Notes: a model not told the origin generated them from the sequence alone. Shown: positions 11,402-24,823, counted from the stretch's first letter. The stretch is DNA of 64,000 bases from Eledone cirrhosa (GCA_964016885.1 OZ024742.1:141980001-142044000); one strand, 5' to 3'. Translations and numbers: made by a program.

Positions 11402-14400
11402 AACCCCGTGACCAAGAAATACCGGGATGGCGGCCGGCGGGGAATAGCCGTGTCTCTAGGGGAGAACGACCCCTCTAGTCTTGGTTGACACTCGTTCTAG
11501 AAGTGGTAACACGAAATGATTACCCCTTGGCGGATAAGGATAAAACGTGACAAAATAAAGTAAATGTCTAATGATAAAATCTCATACCGGATCGGCCGTC
11601 ACCCGGGTAAAAAAGGGCCGCGTCCCTCAGAGAGGAACCAGACTGGGGTCGAAAAATCAGCTAATGGTTCAAACCTTCCCATCACTTCGGAGCTGGAGAC
11701 CTCCGATAACCGGAATACTCCTACTGTTGGCCCTCCATGCTCACCACCAAGAAATCCAAAGAAAAAGAGAGAAAAATGGTCAAGGGAAGAAAATAAAGAA
11801 GTCCTTGAGGCTTTCTACACTGCCATGTACTACCCATCAAATACATCGAATACAGAACAGACATATATCAACTGGAAAAAGAAACATCCCGAAAACAGAG
11901 GCTATATTGACAGTAACAAACTAGCCAATATACGAAGAAATATTGTAAGAAAAAAGTTACTAACTGATATAGAAATTGATCAGATCAAGCTATTAGCACA
12001 AAGTCAGCCAAGGGAAAATGAAACATGTGTCAGTGAAAACGAGGTAAACTGTAACACTTCGAACCCCAGGGTTGGGGCGGAATCACTGGCAACAGAACAA
12101 ATTAAAGAAAGGATCGAAAAAGTGGAGGGAGTGCATGCTCAGGATGAAACTCCAAATGAAAATAATGAGATCGTAAATGATAAAGAAATGAATGAGAATG
12201 AACTTGCCAACTTGAAGGATGAAATTATGATCGAATGGATGAAAATGAAAGAATCTGACATGGGGCAACGAGACACCCTCCCTAAGATCCAGAACTCCAA
12301 ACAGAACCAAAAGATAATACACAAGACTAACATAATTCTCAAAAACATTATCATCACAAACAAACTAAACATTACTGATTTAAATCATCTCTATTATGCA
12401 TCAGCTAAAGTCACCACTCACTTATGTGGAGTGAAGATGAAAAAACAAAGGAATTCCCACAAGAAATCTACTTGGCAAGAGAACATCAATCGCCAAATAA
12501 ACCTTCTCCGATCTGACATAGAAATTTTAACAAACTATAAAGTAGGTGAACATGTTAAACAAACTAAACTTAGAAAATTTAAAAAAAAAGTACAGTATAA
12601 AATCAACATGTGACATAGACATGCTGATAGAAATAATCAAGCAAAAAGTGTCGGCCAAAGCTGCTCGTATAAGGCGTTTTGAAAAACGATCTAGATTCTA
12701 TAAGGACAATAATATGTTCAAAAACAACCAAAGAAACTTCTACAGAAAAATTGGTAAGTCAACAATAACTGCTAAATCAATACCACCCAAGGAGGAAGTG
12801 CAAGAATTCTGGGAAAAAATCTGGGCCGAAGAAAAGGTTCATAACATACATGCCCCATGGATAGACAGACAAATGAAAGATACAGCTCACCTTGAGGAAC
12901 AAATATGGGAAAATATAACAGTTGAACAGTTGCGCTTGGCTCTAAGAAAAACCAGCAAATGGAAATCCCCAGGAAAAGACAAAATACAAAACTTTTGGAT
13001 AAATGCCTTCACAGAGTCTCATGATCTGTTAGCCCAACTTTACAATGAAATAGTTAAGGAGCCAGAAAAGATACCATCATGGCTAGTTAACGGCATTACA
13101 TTCCTGCTTCCGAAGAATGATGAGACAAACAATCCCAAAAATTACAGACCGATAACTTGCTTGACCACAATGTATAAAATTTTAACATCAGTCCTAACTG
13201 AATACACATATCACCACCTGATAACAAATGACCTATTTCCCATTGAGCAGAAAGGGTGTAAACGAGGCTCATATGGCTGTAAGGATCAGCTTCTGGTTAA
13301 CAAAATGATACTGGAAGATTGTCATAATAGACACAAAAATCTATCGATTGCTTGGATAGATTATAAAAAAGCATTCGATAGTTTGCCACACAGTTGGATT
13401 GAAAAATGTTTAGAGATTTTCAAAATATCCCCCGTTGTCAGGAGGTTTTTGTCATTCAGTATGAAGACATGGAAAACGACACTCCTTTTGAATAGTGAAA
13501 CAAAATCACTGGAAGCTGGAGAAGTTAATATTAATTGTAGAATTTTTCAGGGTGACTCTTTATCACCGCTTTTATTCTGCATCGCACTTATACCATTAAG
13601 TAAAATGCTCAATGAAACAAAACATGGATATAAAGTCTATGACAAAACCATTAATCACCTGTTCTACATGGATGACCTGAAACTATTTGCAAGAAATGAT
13701 GAACAATTGCAAGGGCTATTATCCACTGTGGAGCAGTTCAGTGATGACATTAAAATGGAGTTTGGACTAGATAAATGCGCCAAAGCAACGTTCACCAGTG
13801 GAAAGCTGCTGAAGAGTTCAGACATTAATCTTGATCGGGGGAACGTGATAAGAGAACTTGATCAAGAAAAAACTTACAAATATCTAGGTGTTTGTGAAGG
13901 AGACGGAATCAAGCACTCGACAATGAGGGAAAGGATAAGGAAGGAATGTTGCCGCAGAGTAAGAGCAATCTTAAGAACGGAATTGAATGCAAGGAATAGG
14001 ATCGATGCCATAAACACGCTTGCCATACCAGTAGTAACCTACAGTTACAATGTCATCAACTGGTCAAGCACAGAGATCCGTAGGCTCGATACAAAAATTC
14101 GAAAATTCTTAACCATGCACAGAATGCATCACCCTAAGGCAGATATAGATAGAATATATCTCCCTAGGAAAGAAGGAGGACGTGGGTTAATCCAGTTAGA
14201 CATTGCGTTGAAAACTGAAACAATTGGATTATCTACATATCTAAGGGAATCACATGATTGGATGATCAAACTCGTTTTGAAACACGAAAGCATCAAAAGA
14301 TCATATTCCATTACAAAAGATGCACAAAGATACAGTAATGGACTACAAATTTCAGAAGTCCCATTTACTGCTGAAATGGAAAACACAGAAAAAGCAAAGC

Positions 14401-15382
14401 AGGTAAAAGTAACTGCAAAGAAAGAATTGCTACAGAAACTGGCTAAGAAATGGCAAGAAAAGCCTCTGTATGGAAAATACCCAGAACGAGCTAACAATCC
14501 TGATGTTGACAAAACTTTAACCCATCAGTGGTTGGCATCCTCTGGACTGAAATCGGAGACTGAAGGACTGATTATATCAGCACAAGATCAGTGTCTGCCA
14601 ACAAAAAATTACCAAGCCAACATAATAAAAAATGGATGCAGCCCATTATGCCGTGTATGCAAAAAACAACCAGAGACCATTGACCATATATTTTCAATGT
14701 GCAGTCCTATAGCTCCAACCGAATACCTAAACAGGCATGACAGAGCTGCACAATACATACATTGGATAATGTGTAAGCATTTTAACCTGCCCCATCAAAA
14801 GAATTGGTGGGAGCATCAACCACCTCCCATACTTGAAAAAGATCACATCTCAATCTTGTGGAACTTTAGCATCCAAACAGACCGAAAAATAGATGCAAAT
14901 AGACCTGATATAATATTGAAGGACTTTAAAAAGAGGGTATGCCTGCTAATTGATATGTCTGTTCCAATAGACAAGAATGTATCTATAAAAACATTTGAAA
15001 AATTGAGCAAGTATAAGGACCTGGAGATAGAAATTGGAAAAATGTGGAAATTGAGAACTAAAACAATACCAGTGGTTGTAGGCGCTCTGGGAATGATACC
15101 TAAGGGGTCTAATGATTACTTATCGCAAATCCCAGGAAACCCGCGCATAGGAGAAATACAAAAGATAGTACTAATGGGAACTGCCCATATACTAAGGAAG
15201 ATTCTGTCAATATAAGTACATCACAAGTCTAAACACTAAAGATGCATGTGTGAGTATGTATGTTCTTTCTTGAACATGGCGGACCTTGTTGTCTCTTGAG
15301 GTCACTGGTTGTGACTTGGTGATAACTCGTATGAACATAAAGCAAGATAAATGCAACTGTAATAATAATAATAATAATAATA
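11402..15382 (+). mobile_element. Apparently full-length R4/Dong-like non-LTR retrotransposon, family A
   Basis: GC-rich structured 5' UTR, a long ORF with a single frameshift, ~145-bp 3' UTR and a (TAA)n tail. Confidence 0.93.
11564..15215 (+). CDS. Family A polyprotein (N-terminal basic domain, RT, CCHC knuckle, restriction-like endonuclease); one frameshift at the A-run near 12580-12589
   Basis: ORFs 11564-12613 and 12546-15215 overlap. Motifs KSPGKD, YRPITCL, WIDYKKAFDS, QGDSLSPLLF, YMDDLKL, CRVC..ETIDHIFSMC, RHD, RPDI..LIDMSVP..EKLSKY. Confidence 0.9.
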
Positions 15383-18300
15383 ATGCCACAGCGTGATAAT
15401 GCCACACAAAACTCACGTGGAGTGACGAAACCACCGGAGACAAGTAATTCACCGGTGGTTATGTAACCATACATTCGCCAATCCTCGATAAGAGTGTTTA
15501 AATGTCGAACCTAAACAGTTCGAATAACGGTGAAATGGAGACTAGAATGTCATGTGACAGACTCTCACCCAACAGGTGCTCCCTGGTTCAGCAGCAGGGA
15601 CCTGGCTGTCAACCAAATACTGCTGGTGTCGGAGGAAGAAGAAGAAGGAAAGGGACCAGAACCAACTGGACGAAAGAATTGAATAGAACTGTTATGCAAT
15701 GTTACCTGAAGAGTAACCCCAAGGAGAAAGGCTATAGGAAAAGGATGCATAACATCTGGAACGAGATTGGTCCATTTAAATTAGATGAACAAAAACTGAC
15801 CGGGCACTCGGGTAATAAGAACTAATGGGTGGATAAGCGAGCTGGAACTGGAGGAACTGAGCAGAGAGATTAGCTTGGAGATGGAGGGTGGAGTATGCCA
15901 GGCAAACGAGCCAGTGGGAGATGAAGGTGAAGAGGTCGAGAGAACGGAGGAACCACCCGAAACAGACAATGATCTGAATGTTGAGATAAATAATACCTGG
16001 AACAGAGATATGGCCACTGAGGAGATGAATGCTGACGGGCTAGGACAAGATTTGGTAGATATCCTAAACTTAGTGGTAGATGAATTGAACAATGATAGGG
16101 AGACCTATGAACCTAAGATTTGTAGACAGGAAAAAGTTAAAAGAAACAACAGCTAAGGTAACCAAAGTCATCCCATACCTTGAGGCGAGGAGCCTTCACC
16201 AGTGCAACAATATCCTCAAAGCAACAGCAAATACGGTGAGGAAACTACTTGGTATAAAAGCGAAAGGAAACAACAGACAAGAAAGAGCAGAGCCTTGGTG
16301 GAAGAAACGACTGAGTGGTCAAATCAGGGAAATGAGAAATGACATTGGAAAGCTTGAGTCCCTACTTAATGGGACACTAAAAAACATAGACACTAAAAAT
16401 AGACTGGAAATAAAGTACAAAACTAGGAGGAAAAAGCTAAATATTATCATAGAGGAACTGAAGCAACGCATTGTAGCAAAGAGTGCAAAAATCAGGCGAT
16501 ACGAGAACAGAGTCAGCCAGTATAGACAGAACCGCATGTTCGACAACAACCAGAAGATGCTGTTTGGACAGCTTGAAGGGAAAGAAAGAGGCAACGACTT
16601 GATCCTTGAGGCGGAACAAACTAAAACATTCTGGAGAGGAATATGGGAGCAGGATGTTAAACATAATGACCAGGCAGTGTGGATTGAGACAGTACAGAAG
16701 GAGATCAGTGAACAGGCACACCAACAAACTGATTTGAGTATCACAGTTGAAACTCTTAAGGGGCAGGCCAAAAAACTAACCAACTGGAAATCACCTGGCC
16801 CAGATGGTGTGCAGGGGTATTGGATTAAAAATATAACATCCCTCCACCCGAAACTGACAACCATGTTCAATGACTGCTTGATGTCAGGTGAGGTACCAGA
16901 GTGGTTGACAAAAGGTACCACAGTTCTGATAATGAAAGACCGAATCAAGGGTAATGATGTTACCAACTATAGACCTATCGCATGTCTGTCCGTAATGTGG
17001 AAACTGTTAACAAGCATTATGTCTGAGGAAATCTACCATCACCTCCACACAAACAACTTGTTACCGGACGAACAGAAAGGATGCCGAAAGAAGTCACGTG
17101 GTACAAAGGACCAGTTACTTATTGATAAGATGGTAATGAGGAATTGCAAGAGGAGACACACTGGTCTTGCCATGGGATGGATAGACTACAAAAAGGCATT
17201 TGACATGGTGCCTCATTCTTGGATCACCAAAAGCCTGGAGATCTTCAAGGTGGCAGATAACATCAGACAGTTGTTGGGCAAAAGTATGAAGTCCTGGGAA
17301 ACAGAGTTAACATCAACTGGAGAATCCTTGGGAAGCGTGAAGATCAAGATAGGTATCTTCCAGGGAGATAGTCTGTCCCCTCTGTTGTTTGTCCTTGCCC
17401 TGATGCCCCTGACCAGTGTACTGCGAAAAGTGAGAGCAGGATAGAAGTTGGGAAAGGGAAGGCTTACCATCAATCACCTCCTCTTCATGGACGATCTTAA
17501 GCTCTTCGGGAAGAGTTGGATGTGCTTGTTGACACTGTCCGTATTTTCAGCAATGATATATGTATGCAATTTGGTATTAGTAAGTGTGGAGTCATTGTGA
17601 TGAGGAGGGGTAAGTTGAGCAGAAGTAACGGAATCCAGATACCAACAGGTGAGATGATAAAAGAAATTGACTCTGAGGAAAGATACAAGTATTTGGGCGT
17701 TCTGGAGGCTGATGACATCAAGAACAAAAAAATGAAGGAATTGATAAGAACTGAATACCTTCGGAGAGTAAGGAGCGTATTAAAGTCACATCTGAACAGT
17801 AGGAATGCCATAAGTGCAGTAAATTCCCGAGCTGTGTCTATTATTAGGTACAGTGCGGGAATTCTGAGATGGAATGTTGCTGAACAAAAAGAAATGGATA
17901 GGAAGACTAGGAAGCTATTGACTATCTACAATATGTTACACAAGAGGAGTGATGTCGATAGACTCTACTTAAGGAGATCTGAGGGTGGAAGAGGTCTTAT
18001 CAGCGTAGAGGACTGTGTTCAGATGGAGAAAAACAACCTACACAAATACGTGACTGATAGTAAGGAGCCAATGCTCAGAACTGTACTGAAGGAGGGGACA
18101 ATAGGCCAGGGGATGTCCAAGGAGGAAATAACATCAAGGAGGAAGAGCAGCCTTCAGGAAAAATCCCTTCATAGTACCTTCTTTGAGAAAACTGAATTTA
18201 GATATCCACAGACATGGAACTGGTTGAAAAGAGGAGACCTTAAAAAGGCTACAGAAGGAATGTTAATGGTTGTGCAGGAGCAGGCCCTCAAAACGAAGTG

Positions 18301-18995
18301 GTTGAAACACCACATTTACAAAGAGGATGCTAGCCCACTGTGCAGGATCTGTGGAGAGAGAGAGGAGACTGTGGCTCACATTGTATCTGAGTGTAAACAC
18401 CTAGCCCAGACTCGCTATAAGGGCTGGAGACATGATGTGATGGGCAGGGTGATCCACTGGCACTATGCAAAGTAAACAATTTACCACATTCTGAGAAGTG
18501 GTATGAGCATAAGCCAGAGGCGGTGATAGAAAACGATCAGGTGAAGGTGCTGTGGGATTTTAGGATACAGACGGACAAGAAACTGGAACACAATAGACCT
18601 GACCTGGTAGTTGGGGACAAAGAAAAAAGATCGTGCCTGATTGTGGATGTGGCCTGCCCATTCGACACGAGAGTGCAAGAGAAGGAGAGGGAGAAAATTA
18701 ACCGATACCAGGACTTAAAGTGGGAGGTAAAAAGGATTTGGAACTGCCATGAAGTCAAAGTGATCCCGATTGTCATAGGCGCACTAGGGACTATCTCAAA
18801 AAGTTTCCAGGGATGGTTAAAGAAAATTGGCCCCTTCACGCTTTTTGGAACGCTTCAAAAGGCATGCTTGCTGGGAACAGCAAGAACCCTCCGATACGTC
18901 CTGAATATCTGAGGCTGCAGGTAGTGGCTTGATATTCATCTCAACAAACTTTCCAGTTAACTAACATCAATGACTGAGACTCAAAGAGTAATAAC

Positions 18996-19057
<62 letters not shown>
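15383..19057 (+). mobile_element. Near full-length R4/Dong-like non-LTR retrotransposon, family B, directly after the tail of family A
   Basis: Starts right after the (TAA)n at 15360-15383 and ends with 3' UTR + long (TAA)n 18990-19057. Clearly divergent from family A. Confidence 0.93.
15502..18912 (+). pseudogene. Family B polyprotein (RT + CCHC + RLE), several frameshifts/stops
   Basis: Fragments 15502-15825, 15875-16156, 16092-17444, 17516-18475 and 18523-18912. Motifs FMDDLKLF (~17484), CRIC..ETVAHIVSEC, RHD, RPDL..IVDVACP. Confidence 0.92.
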
Positions 19058-19058
<1 letters not shown>

Positions 19059-19329
19059 TGGAGCACTCTTCATCAAAAAGTGGCGGGGGTCAAATCTTTT
19101 TACTATGTATCACAAAATGATAGATAGTAAACTATTACCAACTGCAAAGTTCTAGATTATATAATTTATATTATTTAGCTTTGGATGAAAACTCGGAATT
19201 TAAACTTTAATCAATTTGAAAATTATATATATATTGTTATAATAAATTTTAAGACTAAAATCCAAATAGGGCTCGATAAGGATAAATATATATCAAATAT
19301 ATAAGCCGAGAATCATTCGGTTTCCTAGT

Positions 19330-21090
19330 TAGAATTTTAGTCTACGACTCCAGTTATACCATTTACGTAGTTTTGTTTTTGCATGCAATTGTTCTCACCG
19401 CTCCACATAATGACGTATTATCTTAGTTTTTTTTCGTTCATTGCCAGAGAACGTCTCCAAGAACCACCTAATAGAATATTAGTTTACGACTTCATCTAAT
19501 ATATATTTGTGAAATGGGTGGTGGTTGAAATTCAAATGTGCACGGTTAAATGGTAGTAGACGTCGTCGGACTGACATGAAAATTTAAACACCTATGTAAA
19601 AAGTGCCAAAGAAGCAAATAGACGAGGTTTCAAATCTCTAACTTGAAAAATGTGGTCCCTGGGGCCCCAAAACTATCGCGTTTGGTGAGTTATTTCCCCC
19701 TGTTCTAATACTGTTGTCTTATTTACAATTTCATCAACGTTCTTTCGCTGTTAACATACAGTACCAATAATTTGAAAAATATTATTGAAAGTTTATTATA
19801 AAGAAGCAGTTTCAGGAAAAAGTGTAAACTATCATACAAACCTTCATAATATGCATTTTTAAACTTGCATATCATCGACATTGCTATTTCGCTGTTAATA
19901 AACTATCATCTTTCTACATTTAATGATCATACAGTACCGTTTTATGAAATCGATTCTGCAGTACGGTCAGTTTTCCATCAAAAGAAATAAAACCCTTGGC
20001 GATACTTGGTTTTAGTGTCCTAAATTATCATCATCGACATTCAATTATTAGCTCCACGCACTACACGATACGTCACGAAAAAATTTTAAACTGTATATCG
20101 CAACAATGTTTAAAGAAATTTTTTTTCTTTTGTTAAAAACTGTAAATCTGTTTTTAAAAAAATGTATTTCGCAGCAAATTTTTTTCTGTTAAAAACTGTA
20201 AATAAATATTCATGTAAAAATGAAGCATAGTGTTTCGGTTAATTACATTCTTTTTTTAACAGATTTACAGTTTTAAACAACAGAAAAAAATTTCTTTAAA
20301 CAATATGTTGTTGCGATATACAGTTTAACATTTTTTTCGAAACATATACCTTCGTGACGTATCGTGTGTTAAAAAAAAATGTATTTCGGAGCAATTTTTT
20401 TTCTGTTAAAAACTGTAAATAAATATTCATGTAAAAATGAAGCATAGTGTTTCGGTTAAAAACTTAAAAACTGTAAATAAATATTCATGTGTAAAAATGA
20501 AGCATAGTTTTTCTGTGAAAAACTGTAAATAAATATTTATTTTCAAAAAATAAATCAAAAATTTTATTTTCTCTGAATTTTTAGAATAAATATTTATTAA
20601 AATATTAACAATGTTTTTTCGTGGAGCTAATAATTGAATGTCGATGATGATAATTTAGGACACTAAAACCAAGTATCGCCAAACCCTTAAATTGCGAAGA
20701 AGGGACGCGTGTTTTTATTTTAATATAAATACATGTTAACCACCACTAACAGTAAGTAGTATTTTTCAAATTGCATATCATCGACATTGCTATTTCGCTG
20801 TTAATAAACAACGCTTTTCGCGTCGCTCCACTTCTCATTGTACGCCGTCCAGTCCCAAGTGCATATTTCTATTTTTTTTTATGAAACTGCTTCTTTATAA
20901 TAAACTTTCAATAATATTTTTCCAATTATTAACTTAATAAAAAGTGGCCCCGGGTGCAACCGGGCTCAGCTGCTAGTTTATACCATAAACGTGGTTTTGT
21001 CTTTGCGTGTAATTGTTTTCCCCGTTCCATATAATGACGTATTATCTTCGTTTTTTCCGTTCTTTGCAAGGGAACGTTTCAACGAACCAA
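19330..21090. repeat. Diverged ~143-bp tandem duplication interrupted by the Helitron
   Basis: 19331-19470 'agaattttagtctacgactccagttataccatttacgtag...' versus 19473-19494 + 20977-21087 'agaatattagtttacgacttca|tttataccataaacgtgg...'. Confidence 0.8.
19495..20976 (+). mobile_element. Non-autonomous Helitron
   Basis: 5' A|TC at 19494/19495. 3' GC hairpin gcccc-gggtgcaacc-gggc, then CTAG|T at 20973-20977. Removing it restores a unit of the flanking ~143-bp tandem repeat with no TSD. Confidence 0.85.
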
Positions 21091-21254
21091 AGTATCGTCT
21101 TCCTGTCTTCCTCCGGTTGCAACCCTTTTTGAAATATTTACTTCTGCGTTCACAGATTGACTTTTTTAGTTTCAGAAGATGCCGTTAAGGGTGAAAGCAC
21201 CGATCTTTGCTTAAACTTTAATCTGTTATTTTAATAAATATATATATATATATA

Positions 21255-22760
21255 TACTACTGTAATGGCAAAATTACAACAGGGCAGTCGGTTGGTAGCT
21301 AACCTGTTCTGGAGAGGCTAATTCCTCACCGATGAAGCTGCTTGTAGCTAACGGCATTATCCAATTCTGTGCACTGTATTTTTATATGGACGGTCGCCAG
21401 CAGATCAAGTACCAGAAACTAATGTATTAGTCCGGGGCCAGAAAATTAAATTTTCTACCCACACGAAATCATTTTTTCTCACTATTTAACGTATTGGTGT
21501 ATATTCTGTTTTCCGTTGGTTGGTATTTTAATGATACTGACTTAATTACACCATTGAGTGAGTGGGGAAAAGATCGAAGGTATACCAGCCCTGTTACAAA
21601 GAGTAGAGAATTAAACTAATAGAATGTAATTGCCAGCTTTTAAGAAAAAGGAATAGCTCAATACGTTTATATAATATATAAAAGTTTAAAGAAAAGACAT
21701 TAGCGCGGAAGGGTGGTTATACATATAAATACAAAGAAAATATAGACAAAGGTATTAATGGAAAATTAATCTTTTTTCATCAAAGAACTGTATTTATCCT
21801 CTTGCAATCGTTTCGAATAAGATATGACCTCGAATTATTGAAAGTGCTGTTACATAATTCGTTTTATATAGTCAATCTACAGAAATAGATGTATGTCTAT
21901 AAGAACACAGCTCATTCTCCTCTAAGAGAGAAAGATAGTCATTGGTGAAGTTTTATCACTGAAAAATTTAGATTATCTTTAGTATAAAATATGCTAATTA
22001 ATTCTGCATCTTAAGAATCAAGTCTATATAAATCGAATACATTTGTTTTTAGAGTTTTGTATTTCGCACGAATGTTGAATGTTGACATCTTGGTTTAAGA
22101 AAATTTATTTAACGGAGATATTTAAGAGAGATAATTCATGGAAAATAAACCTTAGAAATTATTTCCTAGGATTAAACTAGTTTTGGATAAGTTAATATTT
22201 GATTCTCTAAATAACAAATAATTAATGGGGACACTATGTGATACAGCTAGAAGTAGACATAAACATGTTTATATATTAATATTCCCCTAAAATTATTTGA
22301 CACTTTCATATATTCACACACTCATATACCCATAATATGTGGAAAAAACATATACTGATATATAAATACACTAGTGTTTCTGAACCTATAAGTCATAACA
22401 CATTCATTTACCTATGGCAAGGGGTACAAGTATACATTTCATCTTAAACTCCTATAAGTGTATATTTCGGAGTATGCATATCCGTTTAATAAGCTCTATA
22501 TTTAAGGTATACAGTCAATGCTAAGAAACAGAAAATGAAAGAGTAAGATAAGGGGGATATAATGAGGATTCTTGGAGGATATAAGGACCTCTAAGTGAGA
22601 TTATATATTCTATTGAAGAAAGAATAAGAAAGGCGATGAGGACAATGTATTACTAATTCGTTACTAGTATTCATGGTGTTAGTGTTTGACATTATGGTAT
22701 AGAACGCCCCCGACAAACATAAATAACATGATTTTTTTTAAATTTCCATTATATAGGGTA
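21255..22760 (-). mobile_element. Highly degraded Penelope-like element remnant(s)
   Basis: Bounded by (TA)n/(TG)n. Degenerate hammerhead-like motif on the minus strand at ~21795-21930. Weak GIY-YIG C-terminal-like residues at ~22130-22250. Confidence 0.4.
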
Positions 22761-22796
22761 GATCTATCGAACATTTTCCGATATAGGTGTGTGTGT

Positions 22797-23013
<217 letters not shown>

Positions 23014-23087
23014 TGTATATACACACTACTAATGCATTGAGTACCTTACTTACTGTGGTTTCTCCCGGTTGAACCCGAAACTCACAT

Positions 23088-23521
23088 ATGTATGTATGTA
23101 TGTTCCTCTGGTTTTATAATTTTATAAATGTTTACCAATAGAGAGAGAGTCGGTTTCTAACATAGACACAAGACTCTCTCATTGGAATTTAAACAACACC
23201 AACTAGGTAGATATGTATCTATACATGCATGTGTGTGCAGGTATGGATGTTAACGTATATGTAGATGTGGATATGTTGAGTTATATGTGTGCATGCACAT
23301 ATGCTTTGTATCTGTAATGTTTATATGCAGTTATTCGATGCAGAATTTTTGGAATGTTTTACATATTTTTACTGTTCCATTAATGGATTATACTTGTAAT
23401 TTCCTAACTAGTCCTGTTTTTTTCTGTTTCTGTGAAGCCTAGCTTCTCAAGATTTGTATTGAGGCAGTTACTAACATATCCCAGTGCCCCAATAATCACA
23501 GGTGTACATGTATGTGTAGAT

Positions 23522-23552
<31 letters not shown>

Positions 23553-23915
23553 ATGTATGTATGTATGTGTATGTATCTATGATGGTATCCAATGATGTTG
23601 ACTTGTTCTTCTTTTTGGTAAATATCATCTTGGTTAAGAGAGTGGGACTGGCTTTGTGCAGTGCCTTTGCTCACTATAAAAGCTTCACGGCACAGGCATT
23701 GCTTTATATCTGGAGATCTCTCTACCCTTGTCGTCACATGGTACCATGGGCCCAGCACTATGTGTCAATAATTGTCACAAGTGTAGTGTTTGTACCAGAG
23801 TTTTCAAGTCGCTGGCTGGACTAAAAAGTCACACTCGTTCAGCGCATCGGTAGGGGTTCTCCTACATGGATATAAAGTAGTGGCCGTACTCGAAAACGAG
23901 TTGGCAGCCACCATG
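23088..23915 (-). mobile_element. Fragments of RLE non-LTR family C (3' end 23103-23500; internal piece 23580-23915) embedded in (TATG)n
   Basis: 23103-23500 is highly similar to 28351-28735 and reads ..IIGALGYVSNCLNTNLEKLGF.. on the minus strand. (CATA)n tail. Confidence 0.8.
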
Positions 23916-23934
23916 TATCTATGTATATATGTAA

Positions 23935-24019
<85 letters not shown>

Positions 24020-24035
24020 GCCTATTTCTTTCCAG

Positions 24036-24154
24036 CTTGTTCGTTTACGTTGAAGTTCAATGCCATAAACATGTACGAAGACAGAATAAAATGTCTCGAG
24101 TTTTAGACAAAATGTTGGAGGGTTATGACAAGCGTTTGCGGCCAGGATTCGGTG
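24036..24154 (+). CDS. Internal coding exon of a Cys-loop ligand-gated channel, GABA-A alpha/GRD-like subunit (end of signal peptide + N-terminal helix)
   Basis: Acceptor tttctttccag| and donor |gtaagt. Translates (c)LFVYVEVQCHKHVRRQNKMSRVLDKMLEGYDKRLRPGFG-G. LxxxLxGYDxRLRPGFG is the canonical GABA-A/Gly receptor N-terminal motif. Ends in phase 1. Confidence 0.92.
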
Positions 24155-24771
24155 GTAAGTATCTTTTCTTTTTTTCTGGCGTATTTCTCATTTCTATATA
24201 ACATGACACATTTTAAATAATTTCCATTGACATGGAAGTGCACTTCTTACTATGTTGTTTTTGTTGTCGTTGCTATTATTGTTATTCTTGGAGGTGTTGT
24301 AGAAGTCGTAATTGTTTTTGTTATTTTTGTTGTTCAGCTTCAGGACAGTCACGAACAGTCTGATCAATAATCAGAGGTATTCTTATCATGAACATCCCAT
24401 GTTTTTCAGACACGGGCTATCTATGTATTTATCTACATTATGCAGTGCATTTTTCTTTTTCTAATTGTTAAGACAACGAGGTAGCATTTGGTGAAGATTT
24501 GTCAACAATGATGTATTGGTTTGTGTGTCAGTTTCTGTTGATGGCTGACAACAGGGATATTTCACTTGACACCAAGTAATTGTTATTGAGAAATCACAAA
24601 TTGTCTTCCTCGTTAGCTTGTGGAGGGAGAAGGAGGGAGAGAGACTATGTGCGTACGTATGTATGTATGTGTGTATGTGCGTATGTATGTGTATGCATGT
24701 ATGTATATATATATATATATGTGTATGTATATTATACACACACACACACAAAAATAGAGAGAGAGAGAGAG

Positions 24772-24823
<52 letters not shown>

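Noticed and set aside
15430-15480. GAAAC-stem-GTT-hairpin as a type II hammerhead in the family B leader
   Set aside because: No CUGANGA after the putative stem I (TCGCCAA instead).
16319-16966. Long antisense ORFs over retrotransposon coding regions (also 7707-8216, 14129-14512)
   Set aside because: Shadow ORFs of RT genes with no independent motifs.
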